Source of the DNA: a bacterium
Lineage (GTDB): Bacteria > Margulisbacteria > Marinamargulisbacteria > GCA-2716485 > JAYNIM01
Assembly: GCA_038109055.1 (NCBI GenBank)
Contig: JAYNIM010000001.1
Span: 299,365-363,364, forward strand
Length of the DNA: 64,000 nt
Direction: 5' to 3'
In this document: positions 62,164 to 64,000 of the stretch, in pieces
How positions within the stretch are numbered: position 1 is the stretch's first letter
Layout: each line of letters opens with the position of its first letter
Notes under the pieces: generated by a model
Database searches by the model: none
The model's input: the letters and a program-made list of their open reading frames with translations, nothing else
Told to the model about the DNA's origin: nothing
Position numbers and translations under genes: made by a program

Positions 62164-63316
62164 CTCTTTTTTACGCTTTTTTTCTTCATTAAAACTTACT
62201 GTAATTTGCCTATCCTTATTATTCCTTCTTGTTATAATGACCACCTTTTCTCAGCGTTATTATGGTATCCATTATTCTGTTTCGTATTTCATGACTTCTT
62301 GGTTTATCACTTTCACTGCTAAAGGGTTTTTAAATGAGAATACATTTCCCCTTTTTCCAGGTGGAATGCTTGTCTCTACGCTGCTGTTTATCAATCTTCT
62401 TGTTGCTCATTTTGTTCGGTTTAAATTCCAATTACGTAAGCTAGGCATCTGGCTTACGCATTTTTCGATTATTTTGCTTATTGTGGGATCAGCGCTGACT
62501 CATTATTTGGCTGTTGAAAGTTTACTTTACCTTCGCAAAGGTCAACCCATCAATTATTCGGAGCATTCACGTCTCACGGAATTGGTTATTGTCCAACCCT
62601 CTATTGATAAAAACTCTGACCTCATTTTTTCTATCCAAGAAAAATCATTAACGCCTGCTGCAGAGATACTTATAAAAGAGCTCCCGTTTTCTATTAAGGT
62701 TTTACGTTTTTATAAAAATAGTGACCTACGTCTTTTAACGACTAAAGTAAAAAATGGCATTACTCAAGGCATTGGGTCCTTTATTGATATTCAAGAAAAA
62801 CGTTCGCTACACCGTGACGATTTACGTGATTCAAGTAGTGTCGAAATTGAACTTATTGATCAAAATGGTAACTCACTTGGGACCTGGTTGTTGTCTATTG
62901 ACCTGGATGGTTATCAACGTGTTGTTATTAATGGTACGCCATATTTTTTACTCTTACGTCCTTTACGATTTTACACACCTTATATGTTTACCTTGAAGCA
63001 ATTTATCCATGAAAAATATTTAGGGAGCACCATTCCTAAAAATTATGAAAGTCACATTGATTTTTATGACACCAAACGTCAAGAAAATCGTGATATTAGA
63101 CTTTCGATGAACCGACCTTTTCGCTATGAAAATGTCACGTATTTTCAGGCAAGTTTTGGTGAAGATGACGAACTATCTATTATTCAAGTTGTAAAAAACC
63201 GTGCTTGGCGTATCCCTTATATATCTTGTTTCTTGCTTGCAATTGGTCTTTGTTTGCAATTTATTATTTCACTCTTTATGTTTCTTAGAAGAAAACGGAG
63301 GCAATCGCGTGCGTAA
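62150..63316 (+). CDS. Cytochrome c biogenesis ResB/Ccs1-like protein
   Basis: SSLKLT, GIWLTH, PKNYES, MNRPFRY...FQASF; three N-terminal and one C-terminal TM segments. Confidence 0.8.
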   Translation: MSMINSFLRFFSSLKLTVICLSLLFLLVIMTTFSQRYYGIHYSVSYFMTSWFITFTAKGFLNENTFPLFPGGMLVSTLLFINLLVAHFVRFKFQLRKLGIWLTHFSIILLIVGSALTHYLAVESLLYLRKGQPINYSEHSRLTELVIVQPSIDKNSDLIFSIQEKSLTPAAEILIKELPFSIKVLRFYKNSDLRLLTTKVKNGITQGIGSFIDIQEKRSLHRDDLRDSSSVEIELIDQNGNSLGTWLLSIDLDGYQRVVINGTPYFLLLRPLRFYTPYMFTLKQFIHEKYLGSTIPKNYESHIDFYDTKRQENRDIRLSMNRPFRYENVTYFQASFGEDDELSIIQVVKNRAWRIPYISCFLLAIGLCLQFIISLFMFLRRKRRQSRA

Positions 63317-64000
63317 ATATTTTTATTTTTTTTGTCCTTTTCTTATTCTTTTGTTTTTGCTCATTAAACCTTATTTTGAAGATCCAGTTACAAAGAATGT
63401 CACCTCTTTTTCTCAAATCCCTCTTGTCTTTGAAGGCCGACTCCAACCCTTTGATTCTTTAGCTCGAAACACCTGTATCTTTTTATCTGGCAAACAGCGT
63501 CCTATGGGCGCCAATAGTCGTGATGTGATTTTAGAGCTGATTTCCATGAACCCGAATGTAGACGATTATCCTTTATTTCTGATTAGAGATACGCATGTTT
63601 TAGATTTTTTATCTTTGTCTAGATCTCGCTCTCATCGCTACTCATTTAGCCAATTGGTTAAGGCCCTTCCTCAACTATGGAGACAAGCAAGCTCTGCTGA
63701 ACAAATTGAGGCCAAAAAACGTCATCATTTCCACAAAAACATCATTTTACTTCGTAACCAAGTAGACCGCTATTTATCGTTGAAACATAGCTTTTTTCAT
63801 CCACAGTATGATGCAGAGATTAAACACTTTTCTGACTTTAGCTCTATTTCACAACGTAGTATGTCCTTGCTAGATAAAATACATAGGGATGATGACTTAA
63901 GTTCTGAGGAATTAACCTTACTACAAAAATATGGTCGTTATTTGGAAGCTTTTCAATTTATTAAACAGCAAAGTATCATTTTTCCTATCCCCTCAACTCA
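63309..64000 (+). CDS. Long-form cytochrome c biogenesis CcsA-like protein (5' part; runs off the right edge)
   Basis: GTG at 63309 overlaps the resB stop; FSQIPLVFEGRLQPFDSLARN...LSGKQ. The WWD domain would lie beyond the window. Confidence 0.65.
   Translation, partial: MRKYFYFFCPFLILLFLLIKPYFEDPVTKNVTSFSQIPLVFEGRLQPFDSLARNTCIFLSGKQRPMGANSRDVILELISMNPNVDDYPLFLIRDTHVLDFLSLSRSRSHRYSFSQLVKALPQLWRQASSAEQIEAKKRHHFHKNIILLRNQVDRYLSLKHSFFHPQYDAEIKHFSDFSSISQRSMSLLDKIHRDDDLSSEELTLLQKYGRYLEAFQFIKQQSIIFPIPST

Noticed and set aside
42..62996. Numerous short antisense or alternate-frame ORFs in the track
   Set aside because: They lie within well-supported genes, have no motifs, and are expected from the skewed composition.

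Overview
AT-rich bacterial chromosomal window of about 50 genes, mostly housekeeping. It holds priA (partial), ROK kinase, map, hemF, accC-nusB-ribE-ribBA-ribH, glpD, uvrB plus a UvrD-like helicase, dacB, an M48 peptidase, dcd, tRNA-Arg(CCG), heme A synthase, leuS, mnmD, rpe, ilvA, tpiA, cyclophilin, putA, recN, type II glutamine synthetase, dimeric dUTPase, comM, nfu, xth-nth, mfd, comF and a system II cytochrome c biogenesis cluster. I found no integrase, transposase, CRISPR array or rRNA. SLH-like domains together with outer-membrane barrels suggest a diderm Terrabacterium (Margulisbacteria-like is only a guess). The most unusual items are: (1) a tandem alanine racemase whose two halves have lost complementary catalytic parts, possibly a single-chain pseudo-dimer; (2) an intact membrane-pyrophosphatase-like ORF missing most of its acidic catalytic motifs; (3) two orphan effector-like proteins, an R-S-E ADP-ribosyltransferase with internal repeats and a PARG-type macrodomain protein (possible writer and eraser); (4) a coiled-coil/barrel/SLH envelope protein; (5) many genes with a -10 box 6-7 nt before the start codon, suggesting leaderless transcripts; (6) an nth gene with no canonical start codon. 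All family calls come from motif recognition by eye; no searches were run.
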